NCBI RefSeq assembly: GCF_964204645.1
Contig: NC_134033.1
Location: forward strand, 186,001 to 250,000
Direction: 5' to 3'
Source of the DNA: Tubulanus polymorphus
Taxonomy: Eukaryota > Animalia > Nemertea
Length of the DNA: 64,000 nucleotides
The number at the start of each line of letters is the position of its first letter. Position 1 is the stretch's first letter. The translations under genes and the position numbers were made by a program. The notes below the pieces were generated by a model that worked only from the letters and a program-made list of their open reading frames with translations, was not told the DNA's origin and ran no database searches. Shown here piece by piece: positions 1 through 13,300 of the stretch.

Positions 1-1311
1 AAACAACAGGAACCTGAAATATATCAATATAAAATCATCATCATCATCATCATCATTATACAGCAGTTAAACAGTTAGTGGACCCAGTAACAGTGAACCT
101 GACTTCAACAGAGTCTGACTCTACAGTCAGAGCTGGATGCAGATTAACAGCGGGGAGGGGGGGGGGGTGTTATCTTTGCTCAGATAATTTGAAATAAACA
201 AAATTCATTAACCTGAAAGAAATGTTGCGTTGAGTCAGTAACGAGTTTGAAGAATGTGTAAATGAGTTTAAACGTAGAGTTAACAGCTACAGCGTGTTCA
301 GTTCTCTGTTTTAATAACATCTCGACGAGTTCAACGCTCCACACGGGATCTTTAATAAAATCCATCACTAGTCGAAACGACGCGTATTTCTCAGAGTCGT
401 GACTCACACTACGACTCATCTGACGATCCAATAATAGTGACAGTTTACGTTTCCGTGACGACGCGTTTTTATTCGATTTCGTTCGATTCTGTTTGAAACG
501 AGACGAAAAAAAGTCAAATTTACGAATTTGAATTCTATAATTTATGAAAAGGATTGCGTTAAAGATTCACCTCTGATCTGACGGGGATTTTAGTTAATCC
601 AGCGAAACGCATCAGAAATCGAGCTTTACTTTTGAATTTATCAACTGGAAAAAATATAACGGAAATTTGTGTGGAAAAACGACAATTCTATTTTTACTGA
701 TTTCAGGATCCAGTTCGACATTTGAACTGAGTTATTTTCGTACCCTGTATATCGACATCTTGCGTTGAACCTTTCTCCGCTTCAAGACGCATGAATTGTC
801 TCAATTCAATCATGTGATTTCTCAATCCGTCTGCCATTCTAAACGCGTGATAAATTCCTTCAGATAATTCTACATCACCTTCTTTCTCAACTATATAGAA
901 ATACAAACAATATACAGCAGTGTTACACAGTGCGGACTAAATAATACTTAGTCCGGATCGACCGGATATATTATATCATAGATCAGTGTTACACAGTCCG
1001 AACTAAAGCCTTAAATCTGGTCTTTAATTGTTAGATCAGTTCCTGGATTCAGTTTCACAGCCATAACATCTTAGACTAGCCTCAAGTTGACTATAGAACT
1101 AAGTTAGTCTTAGACTGGTTTAAATCTAAGTCACATGACTATGGAACTGGCCAGTGATGTGTAGAATTGTGGTGCGATTACTTACGATACTTGGTCACTT
1201 CCTCTCTGAGCGGCTGCGTGTGCCAGACCAGAGCGGCAAACGTGCTGTGAACCATTTCATCAAGCTGTACCCCACCAGCTGAACTCGAGTGACAGTATTC
1301 TATACACCTGT

Positions 1312-1355
<44 letters not shown>

Positions 1356-4300
1356 CAGCAGCAGCAGCAGCAGTAGTAAAATGAATTAGTTTAAACATAT
1401 AGAAAACATTGATAAAGAGGAATTTAATGCTTACTTTGTGAGTAATTTATTTGCGAGTTGTGAATCAGTTTTCGCGATTAGATTCGATAAGAAACCATGA
1501 ACCAAACCTTCAGCCGTATCGGCCTCCTACAAATAGACAATACCGCTGTAAGTAGATGATGTCATAAGGTGATACGTGTAGGCAGCCATGTTTACTCGTG
1601 ATTACTCACATATTTCCCGGAGAGCGATCTCTCGATGGTTCCAGTTTTGTCTCCGGCTCGGAATAAAGTCGTCCACAGATCGCTGCGTAAAATCGCTTGT
1701 TCTCGAGACTCGTGTTCTTCTTGTACAACTGTAGACTTCGGTAAAACTGAAATAAATAAATACTCAAACTGATGATGTCATAGGGGGATTTATAGAGGCA
1801 GCCATACGGAGTATAGAACGTACCTTTCCTGGAGTCTAAAGCTGCTCCGCTGAGTTGACCGAGAACTTTGATACTAGTCATATATAAATCAACTAACCAC
1901 GGCATGTGAATATCAGGAGAACCTTTAGCTGTTACCTGTCAACACATATATAAACATTTCATCACAGGTGGAGGCAGGCTCCTCACAGAGGGCGCTGCCT
2001 CCTAGCCTGCTAGCTGAGGAGACAGGCTCCTCACAGAGGGCGCTGCTACCTAGCCTGCCAACTGAGGAGACAAGCTCCTCACAGAGGGCGCTACTCCCTA
2101 GCCTGCTAGCTGAGGAGACAGGCTCCTCACAGAGGGCGCTGCTACCTAGCCTGCTAGCTGAGGAGACAGGCTCCTCACAGAGGGCTCCTAGCCTGCTGAC
2201 TGGAGACCAGCTCCTCACAGGGGGCGCTGCTTCCTAGCCTGCTAGCTGAGGAGACAGGCTCCTCACAGAGGGCGCTGCTTCCTACCCTGCAGACTGAGTT
2301 TCAGATGATTGATACGTTACCTTGAACTTGTAACCCCACTCACTGCCGTGACTGTCGGCTTGGAACAGAAAACGTAAATGTGGACCGTGAAAATGGACAC
2401 ATTCTGTCCAGTTCTCAGATCCGACTTTCTTTTCAAATCGTTGTTTATTTCCTCGAGAATCTGTGAATTCTAAATAATCATCGACCAAACTGAAAATATA
2501 AATCATTCACCCTATGACATCATTCACCCTTCCACATCATTCACCCTATGACATCATTCATGTCGTTAACTGACATTTAGTTTGAAACTTACGCCGTATA
2601 AAGTTCACATTGCGGGTCGAATTCTACGAGGAACACGGATGTTCCCGGGTAGAAGAATGTTTGAGTCACGTGATCAGGACCTTTATAGTTGTGTTCTGAT
2701 TCAATATTCCATGTGAATAAATTAGTAAAACTACTCGAGTTTTCAGCATTCTTCTCCTGAAATCATAGCAATTATTGTATCAGTAGCAGCTGTGAGGTCT
2801 GGAGCAAGGGGTGAGGTTTGGAGGGACGTGAGGGGAGCTGTGAGGTCTGGAGGGGGAGATGTGAGGTCTGGAGGGGGAGATGTGACGTCTGGAGGGGGAG
2901 ATGTGAGGTCTGGAGGGGAGCGGTGAGGTCTGGGAGAGGATCACCGAGGAAAGTGAGGATGATGGAGGAAAGTGAGGATGATGGAGGAAAGTGAGGATGA
3001 GGGAGGGAAGTGAGGATGAAGATTCTCACCAGTACATTCAGTTGATTGCACACATTCAGTAAATGTTTGGTTTTTTCGACCAATAACAGCAGACGATCGG
3101 AAACCGCGACCAAATTCTTCGATGTAAATAATTTATGCATAATAACCAATGACAACAGCTGAAAACAATGAAATCTCACGATTAGAAAATAAACGTTGAA
3201 TTTACCGCAGTTTCTAGAATTAATGAAATATTTATTTTACCAAATGTCTAACGAGCAACGACAGAAAACTTGCTGATAAAAACTCGATTTTCAACGAAAG
3301 CGACTGAAAATATAAAATCAAACATTTAAAAAATTTAAATCTAACAGATTTTAACGGATGTCGCTGTTCGGCACTGACCTCGGAGTCGAGTTCAAGGTCA
3401 CTCAACTGCTGTAAGGCTTCAAGAGCTCGTGATATAATCATTGATAGATCTGTGAATAGAGAGAATTAACTGATCTTAACTGTGGAACTGTCTTCCACTT
3501 ACTGTGGATTTGTGTCCACACTGTGGAACTGTCTTCCACTTACTGTGGATTTGTGTCCACACTGTGGAACTGTCTTCCACTTACTGTGGATTTGTGTCCA
3601 CACTGTGGAACTGTCTTCCACTTACTGTGGATTTGTGTCCACACTGTGGAACTGTCTTCCACTTACTGTGGATTTGAGTCCACACTGTAGAACTGTCTTC
3701 CACTTACTGTGGATTTGTGTCCACACTGTGGAACTGTGCCCTTTAACTGTGGAACTGTCTTCCACTTACTGTGGATTTGTGTCCACACTGTGTGGAACTG
3801 TCTTCATCTTACTGTGGATTTGTGTCCACACTGTGGAACTGTCTTCCACTTACTGTGGATTTGTGTCCACACTGTGGAACTGTGCCCTTTAACTGTGGAA
3901 CTGTCTTCCACTTACTGTGGATTTGTGTCCACACTGTGGAACTGTGCCCTTTAACTGTGGAACTGTCTTCCACTTACTGTGGATTTGTGTCCACACTGTG
4001 TGGAACTGTCTTCATCTTACTGTGGATTTGTGTCCACACTGTGGAACTGTCTTCCACTTACTGTGGATTTGTGTCCACACTGTGGAACTGTGCCCTTTAA
4101 CTGTGGAACTGTCTTCCACTTACTGTGGATTTGTGTCCACACTGTGGAACTGTGCCCTTTAACTGTGGAACTGTCTTCCACTTACTGTGGATTTGTGTCC
4201 ACACTGTGGAACTGTGCCCTTTAACTGTGGAACTGTCTTCCACTTACTGTGGAACTGAGTCCACACTGTGGAACTGTGCCCTTTAACTGTGGAACTGTCT

Positions 4301-7300
4301 TCCACTTACTGTGGATTTGTGTCCACACTGTGGAACTGTGCCCTTTAACTGTGGAACTGTGACCACTAACTGTGGAACTGTGTCCACACTGTGGAACTGT
4401 GTCCACACTGTGGAACTGTGTTTCTTATGGTGGAATTTCTGAATTTCTAAACTTACACTGTATAAATATAGTTTGAATGTATTCCTTGTCGGTCTGGTTG
4501 ATTTTATCGGCCTCCAATTGGTGGCGACACCAGGCAATAAAACTCATCTGTAATGACGAGATCAGTTTAACGAGGTGCGATGATTCAGCCGGTGGTTGCT
4601 TGGTAACGGTTTGTTTCAGTGTTGCGGTGAACTCCGACCCGGCTACGGACCACAGAGTGTCCATTATTGATATCACATGTTCGCTGTTAAATTTCTACAA
4701 AAATAAAAACAAAATCTTTGAATTTTTATCAAAATTTCATCAAGATTTTCGTTTGTTTTTTGTTAGAATTTGTAGAATCTTACGGTAATTCCGACACCTT
4801 TTGGTAAATTGAGTAAACCACTCGGGTCGATGTGACTATAAAACTGACACAATGACTGAATGATCAGCTCAACAGACGGCAATCGTTGGCACTCTTCCAA
4901 CTAGAAATAAACAACAAACTTCAAAACATCAAAACCGTTTTAATTTAACGGCTATAATTTGAATTTTGAATTTTACAAACCGTTATATTTTCCATGAGTA
5001 AAAACAGTTGTTTCCTGCGAGCTTCTTTATCCGGGAAAAATACCGCAATTCCTTAAATAAGCAACACTTACAGCATTCAGTACATGTTACAATCTAAAAA
5101 CACGGGTTTGAGCTAAAAACTGGATTAAAACTTACCATTTTTAATGATATTCCGAGAGATAGCTACAAGTTTACTTTCACTGGCGACTGAGGTGGTGGCA
5201 CCATCACTGGCGAGTGAGGTGGTGGCACCATCACTGATGAGTGAGGTTGTGGCACTCTCACCGGCGAGTGAGGTTGAGGTACTGTCACTGGTGAGTGAGG
5301 TTGTGGTACTCTCACTGGCAAGTGAGGTTGTGGTACTTTCACTGGTGAGTGAGGTTGAGGTACTGTCACTGGTGAGTGAGGTTGTGGTACTCTCACTGGC
5401 AAGTGAGGTTGTGGTAGTCTCACTGGCGACTGAGGTCGAGGTGCCCTCACTGGCGATTGAGGTCGCGGTGCCTTCACTGGCGAGTGAGGATGTGGCACCG
5501 TCACTGGCGAGTGAGGTCGAGGTGCCCTCACTGGCGAGTGAGTTTGATGAGTTATCTATCACAGAACAGAGATGCTGGAACAGTAGTTGTGATGATTCAC
5601 TTTCATCTTGTTTTGATCCAGTCATTTGTGGCAGCAAATTGTGTAATAATTGTAAAGTCAACAAACGACATTGTTCAATTTCTGAGCAACTCCTACAAAA
5701 TAATCATCATCAATTCACACCTTTTTTAATGATAACTAGGCCTGGTTTTAGAGTAACTGGTTTTAAGAGTAGCGAGACCTGGTTTAAGTGTAACGAGACC
5801 TTGTTTAAGTGTAACGAGACCTTGTTTAAGTGTAACGAGACCTGGTTTAAGTGTAACGAGACCTGGTTTAAGAGTAGCGAGACCTGGTTTAAGTGTAACG
5901 AGACCTTGTTTAAGTGTAACGAGACCTGGTTTAAGTGTAACGAGACCTGGTTTAAGAGTAACGAGACCTGGTTTAAGTGTAACGAGACCTGGTTTAAGAG
6001 TAGCGAGACCTGGTTTAAGAGTAACGAGACCTGGTTTAAGAGTAGCGAGACCTGGTTTAAGTGTAACGAGACCTTGTTTAAGTGTAACGAGACCTGGTTT
6101 AAGTGTAACGAGACCTGGTTTAAGAGTAACAAGACCTGGTTTAAGAGTAGCGAGACCTGGTTTAAGTGTAACGAGACCTGGTTTAAGAGTAACGAGACCT
6201 GGTTTAAGTGTAACGAGACCTGGTTTAAGTGTAACGAGACCTGGTTTAAGAGTAACGAGACCTGGTTTAAGTGTAATGAGACCTGGTTTAAGTGTAATGA
6301 GACCTGGTTTAAGTGTAACTCACCAGTTGGTTTTTGTATTGTATAAACTCCACATGAGTTCCATAGTAACATCATTAACATCTAACCATTGATTGGACTG
6401 AGTTCGATAAAACTGACCTTTCTTCGAGCACTGGTGAAAAATATTCATCAAATTAATAAACTAATTAACAACAATAGTAATTAGCGCGTGTTAGTAATTA
6501 GTGTTACCTGTTCTTGAGCTATATCACATAGAAATGTTAACACGCAACAACTGATCTGGTATGGAGACACACTTTCTGGTAATTCCCTTAATGTTGCCTA
6601 AAATCATACAATTCATATCATTTATCAGTTTGAGGGACACAGACCCAGCAGCAGCTGGAGGGAGACTGACCCAGCAGCTGGAGCGAGACACCCAGCAGCT
6701 GGAGGGAGACACCCAGCAGCTGGAGGGAGACACCCAGCAGCTGGAGGGAGACACCCAGCAGCTGGAGGGAGACAGGCCCAGCAGCTGGAGGGAGACACCC
6801 AGCAGCTGGAGGGAGACACCCAGCAGCTGGAGGGAAACGGACCTTGTTGAATGGATAAACATCTTCACTGCGTTGACCGCAACCATAGAATTTCACACTG
6901 TTGACTCCGAGACTTTCGACTCCAGTTTGACGCGGTTCCATAAACCTTAATAATACATACTACAAAACAGAGAACATAATGATGATGTCATTGGGGGATT
7001 TATGGAAGGAGGCTACGATGATTTTGATTTCAAAATTCGCACCTTTCCGATCGGGAAATCCTCGAGAATGACCTCCGTCTCGTCCCAGTCGTCCTCCATC
7101 TTAAAACAAGCAGACGGAACATCTCCGGCCTCGTTCACAGGTTCACCGTCGCTTAGCAACGCAGCTGCCGGGGTCACGTGATCAAACCTCTCCAGGTTAC
7201 GGCTCAAATCAAACTCATCATCAAACAAATCATATCTGAAGAGTCAATCCAAACTGGGTTCTAATTCAGAGTCAATTTAAACTGGGTTCTAATTCAGAGA

Positions 7301-10300
7301 GTCAATCCAAACTGGGTTCTAATTCAGAGTCAATTTAAACTGGGTTCTAGATAAAACAGTTTTACAAAGTAAACTTACTTATCATTGTAGACAAATACGA
7401 ATCCATAACGAGGCCCTCGACCGCCCTTCTCAACCTGAATAATAAACACAGTGGATAGAATTCCACCCAGTTCCACAGCGGTACCAGTGAAACAATGTTC
7501 CACAGTGTATCACTACTGTGGAACTGGCTGCTGAAGATTCACTGAAGATTTATTTACCTTGATTTGTATTCTAGTTAGTTGAGCTGCCCGTTCTGGTTTG
7601 AAAAATAAATTCAATTTGATCACTCCACTTTCAGTTTGGAAATCTTTAAATTAAAAATTATAAACAGTAATAACACCAGGTGGCGGTAACCCACAACAAT
7701 TCTGGAACTGGATCCAAGGAGTGATAAATAATATCTTACTGGTAAATTCAGATGAATATGTATTTTTATCATGCGGTGAATTTGTTAATTTCAGTTTTGC
7801 GTCGCCACCAACAAAACGTAGAGCTAACGGATTTAGAGATTTCCTCCAGAACAGATCTCTTACTGTGACCATCCGTAGGAACAATGGTTTACATGGAATC
7901 ATCTGATTGTATTCTGAAATATATCATAAATCATACTGAGAGTCAACTACTGACTCCTGAGGAGTCAACTACTGACTCCTCAGGAGTCAACGACAGGAAC
8001 TGACTCCCGAGTCAACTGCAGGAACTGACTCCTGAGGAGTCAACTGCAGGAACTGACTCCTGAGGAGTCAACTACAGGAACTGTCTCCTGAGTCTAATAC
8101 CCACCTATAATTTTCTGCAATATGTTAAGCACTGCTGGAACGTTTCCACACGATAAACTGAATGATAGAATTATTTCAGCAACTTCTCCGCATAAACTAC
8201 CACCATCAGCATCATTACTGCTAGAAATACATCAATCACAAATACATCAATCACAAATACATCAATTACAAATACATCAATCACAAATACATCAATCACA
8301 AATACATCAATCACAAATACATCAATCATGATAATCAATAATTAATTAATTGAATGAATGGATAAAACGAACCTTTGTAAATTTGCTAAGAATGATTCGA
8401 CTTCTTTTAAAACGTGTTTTGTTAAGAATTTTGGGCGTTCGCTGCTCGCTTGAGACAAACACAGCGGTGGAATGTGTAACAGAGCATCTCTGAAATAAAC
8501 AATCAATAAATCAATCAACATGTACATGTGAGAGATGACATGTACATGTGAGAGATGACATGTACATGTGAGAGATGACATGTACATGTGAGATATAATA
8601 CCTGGTATGAAGTGTTAAACTATCTCGTAGCTGTGGAACGACTGTTTGACAAGCCGTTACAGTTGACGCCAGAATCTTCAAATACCAAATAACAGACGCA
8701 TCCAAAACACTAAAACCAGGATCCTTCACGACTCTACGTATAGAAAACAATAGACAGTTTACTGTCCGTCTGTCTACCGGGAACCTGAGACAATATTTGT
8801 CCCTAGAAATTCTTCATTTTATACAAACACAAACCACAATCTAAACAGACTGATAATATCTATACAGGTAAACTGTGGAGACTTGATATATCAGAATCCA
8901 AACACAAAGAAACTTAATATCATGTGAAAACTCAACATCAGGATCCAGTTCCACAGTTGTGAGTTCAGATTTGACTCATTGAAAATGAACTAATTTGAAC
9001 TCACAACTGTGGAACTGGATCCAGTATTGTAACTAACCTGAGACCCTGTATTTTAATGGCTCTAATTCTAGTATCACATCCATCAGACTGACATCTCTTT
9101 ATATTTATCTGTACGACTACAAAATATTCAAATTAAATTCACAATGTGAGATGGTTACCTCCATAAATCACCCTATGACATCATCGATTTTATCCTTTTG
9201 ACCCCAGTAGGAAAGATGGCTGCTGTTATAAATCCCCCTATGACATCATTACGGTACCTCTATGGAATGTCTGCACATTCTCCAGTAAAACTATGAATCC
9301 TTTCATATGACTGGGTACGTTAATGACCTTCACCTCTGTCAGCGGTTTCGGTACTTTCCCCACGGCGACGGTGATTGTGTTCGGCATGTAACTTTTATCG
9401 GTTGGACTGACGTATAGTGATAACCGTTTTAATACCACATTCGGCTTCATCCATAACCTACAAATAGACATACCACATACAGCGAGCTGACCTAACTAGC
9501 TGCAGCTGTGGACTGTAAACCCCGGGGGAGGGAGTCACTAGGGGGCGCTGTACGGGGGGGCTGATATTTACCGGATCCAGTGAGATCTAGCTGAACCGTC
9601 CGACTGTAAACCCCGGGGGAGGGAGTCACTAGGGGGCGCTGTACGGGGGGGCTGATATTTACCGGATCCAGTGAGATCTAGCTGAACCGTCCGACTGCCA
9701 ATAAGTCGATGTGTTTTCATCAAACAGATTATTTACATCGTTTGAATTTGAGGATAATTCGACAACTTGACAACATTTCATTTGAACGATCGGTCGTAAT
9801 TCCTCGTCTGCTGTTAACAGATCGTCTGCTGTCGACTCGACAACTAAAATACAACAATACAACAATTACAATCAAATCTTATATTGATGAGTTTGAAATA
9901 TCTGTTGAACTCAGTGAGTTTGGAATATCTCTGAAACTCAGTGAGTTTGAAATATCTGTTGAACTCGGTGAGTTTGTTCTTACCTCTTTCGCTGACTTTT
10001 TTCAGGACGTTTTTCAAAACTAGAGTTCGTAAACTGACGGCATTGTTGAATCCGTCGAGAGGAATGAATGGTAACGCTGTCACCGGGGAACGGTTTCTCT
10101 GTAAAAACTACAAACAACAACAACAAACACCGTTCAACTGAAACCTAAGTCTTCAAACATTTTCTAATTTTGTCACGATAAACTTACGTTGAGTAAACGA
10201 TCACCATGGCGACCAATAGAACATTTATCATCATTGAATACATCGATAAAACCTGAAAAATTTATCACAAAACTTCAAATTCAGCTAGAATTAGGGTTTA

Positions 10301-13300
10301 ACTGACATAAGGTCTTTTAGCTCATGTTTGTTCAACTGTCCGATGTGTACATGTTGAGCAGACGGACTCAATGACCTTGACCTCACACTCACCGGGTGTC
10401 AGCGAACACTCCTGTAGCGTCTCAATCACGTAACTCAGTTCCTCTTGTATATAAGTGTTGTTGTTCATCTTTTTAACGGCTTCGAGCATCGGTGAAATAT
10501 CAGCGGTTCCATTTCCTTCGACGTCAAATTTCTGAAACGCCGCGATACATTCATCTCGATCGACATGACGATTCATCATAAAATCACTGAACTGAGCTAA
10601 CGTTACAACCTCCTGAAATACAATCACTGAACTGAGCTAACGTTACAACCTCCTGAAATACAATCACTGAACTGAGCTAATGTAACAACCTCCTGAAATA
10701 CAATCACTGAACTGAGCTAACGTTACAACCTCCTGAAATACAATCACTGAACTGAGCTAACGTTACAACCTCCTGAAATACAATCACTGAACTGAGCTAA
10801 TGTTACAACCTCCTGAAATACAATCACTGAACTGAGCTAACGTTACAACCTCCTGAAATACAATCACTGAACTGAGCTAATGTAACAACCTCCTGAAATA
10901 CAATCACTGAACTGAGCTAATGTTACAACTTCCTGAAATACAATCACTGAACTGAGCTAACGTTACAACCTCCTGAAATACAATTACTGAACTGAGCTAA
11001 TGTTACAACCTCCTGAAATACAATCACTGAACTGAGCTAATGTTACAACTTCCTGAAATACAATCACTGAACTGAGCTAACGTTACAACCTCCTGAAATA
11101 CAATCACTGAAATGAGCTAATGTAACAACCTCCTGAAATACAATCACTGAACTGAGCTAATGTTACAACTTCCTGAAATACAATCACTGAACTGAGCTAA
11201 CATTACAACCTCCTGAAATACAATCACTGAACTGAGCTAATGTTACAACCTCCTGAAATACAATCACTGAACTGAGCTAACGTTACAACCTCCTGAAATA
11301 CAATCACTGAACTGAGCTAATGTAACAACCTCCTGAAATACAATCACTGAACTGAGCTAACGTTACAACCTCCTGAAATACAATCACTGAACTGAGCTAA
11401 TGTAACAACCTCCTGAAATACAATCACTGAACTGAGCTAACGTTATAACCTCCTGAAATACAATCACTGAACTGAGCTAACGTTACAACCTCCTGAAATA
11501 CAATCACTGAACTGAGCTAATGTAACAACCTCCTGAAATACAATCACTGAACTGAGCTAATGTTACAACCTCCTGAAATACAATCACTGAACTGAGCTAA
11601 TGTTACAACCTCCTGAAATACAATCACTGAACTGAGCTAACGTTACAACCTCCTGAAATACAATCACTGAACTGAGCTAACGTTACAACCTCCTGAAATA
11701 CAATCACTGAACTGAGCTAACGTTACAACCTCCTGAAATACAATCACTGAACTGAGCTAACGTTACAACCTCCTGAAATACAATCACTGAACTGAGCTAA
11801 CGTTATAACCTCCTGAAATACAATCACTGAACTGAGCTAATGTTACAACCTCCTGAAATACAATCACTGAACTGAGCTAACGTTATAACCTCCTGAAATA
11901 CAATCACTGAACTGAGCTAATGTTACAACCTCCTGAAATACAATCACTGAACTGAGCTAATGTAACAACCTCCTGAAATACAATCACTGAACTGAGCTAA
12001 TGTTACAACCTCCTGAAATACAATCACTGAACTGAGCTAACGTTATAACCTCCTGAAATACAATTACTGAACTGAGCTAATGTTACAACCTCCTGAAATA
12101 CAATCACTGAACTGAGCTAACGTTACAACCTCCTGAAATACAATCACTGAACTGAGCTAACGTTATAACCTCCTGAAATACAATTACTGAACTGAGCTAA
12201 TGTTACAACCTCCTGAAATACAATCACTGAACTGAACTAATGTTACAACCTCCTGAAATACAATCACTGAACTGAGCTAATGTAACAACCTCCTGAAATA
12301 CAATCACTGAACTGAGCTAATGTAACAACCTCCTGAAATACAATCACTGAACTGAGCTAATGTAACAACCTCCTGAAATACAATCACTGAACTGAGCTAA
12401 TGTTACAACCTCCTGAAATACAATCACTGAACTGAGCTAATGTAACAACCTCCTGAAATACAATCACTGAACTGAACTAATGTTACAACTTCCTGAAATA
12501 CAATCACTGAACTGAGCTAATGTAACAACCTCCTGAAATACAATCACTGAACTGAGCTAATGTAACAACCTCCTGAAATACAATCACTGAACTGAGCTAA
12601 TGTTACAACCTCCTGAAATACAATCACTGAACTGAGCTAATGTAACAACCTCCTGAAATACAATCACTGAACTGAACTAATGTTACAACTTCCTGAAATA
12701 CAATCACTGAACTGAGCTAATGTAACAACCTCCTGAAATACAATCACTGAACTGAGCTAATGTAACAACCTCCTGAAATACAATCACTGAACTGAGCTAA
12801 CGTTACAACCTCCTGAAATACAATCACTGAACTGAGCTAACGTTACAACCTCCTGAAATACAATCACTGAACTGAGCTAATGTTACAACCTCCTGAAATA
12901 CAATCACTGAACTGAGCTAACGTTACAACCTCCTGAAATACAATCACTGAACTGAGCTAACGTTATAACCTCCTGAAATACAATCACTGAACTGAGCTAA
13001 CGTTATAACCTCCTGAAATACAATCACTGAACTGAGCTAACGTTACAACCTCCTGAAATACAATCACTGAACTGAGCTAACGTTACAACCTCCTGAAATA
13101 CAATCACTGAACTGAGCTAACGTTACAACCTCCTGAAATACAATCACTGAACTGAGCTAACGTTACAACCTCCTGAAATACAATCACTGAACTGAGCTAA
13201 TGTTACAACCTCCTGAAATATAGTGCAATTACATGTGGAACTGCTTGGGCAACATGTGGAACTGGATAGTGGAATAACATGTGGAACTGCCTCAACAATA

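Noticed and set aside
6524-6950. ORFs running through the 21-bp repeat as ZZEF1 coding sequence
   Set aside because: A phase-consistent model splices from ~6844 to 6597, so the repeat is intronic.
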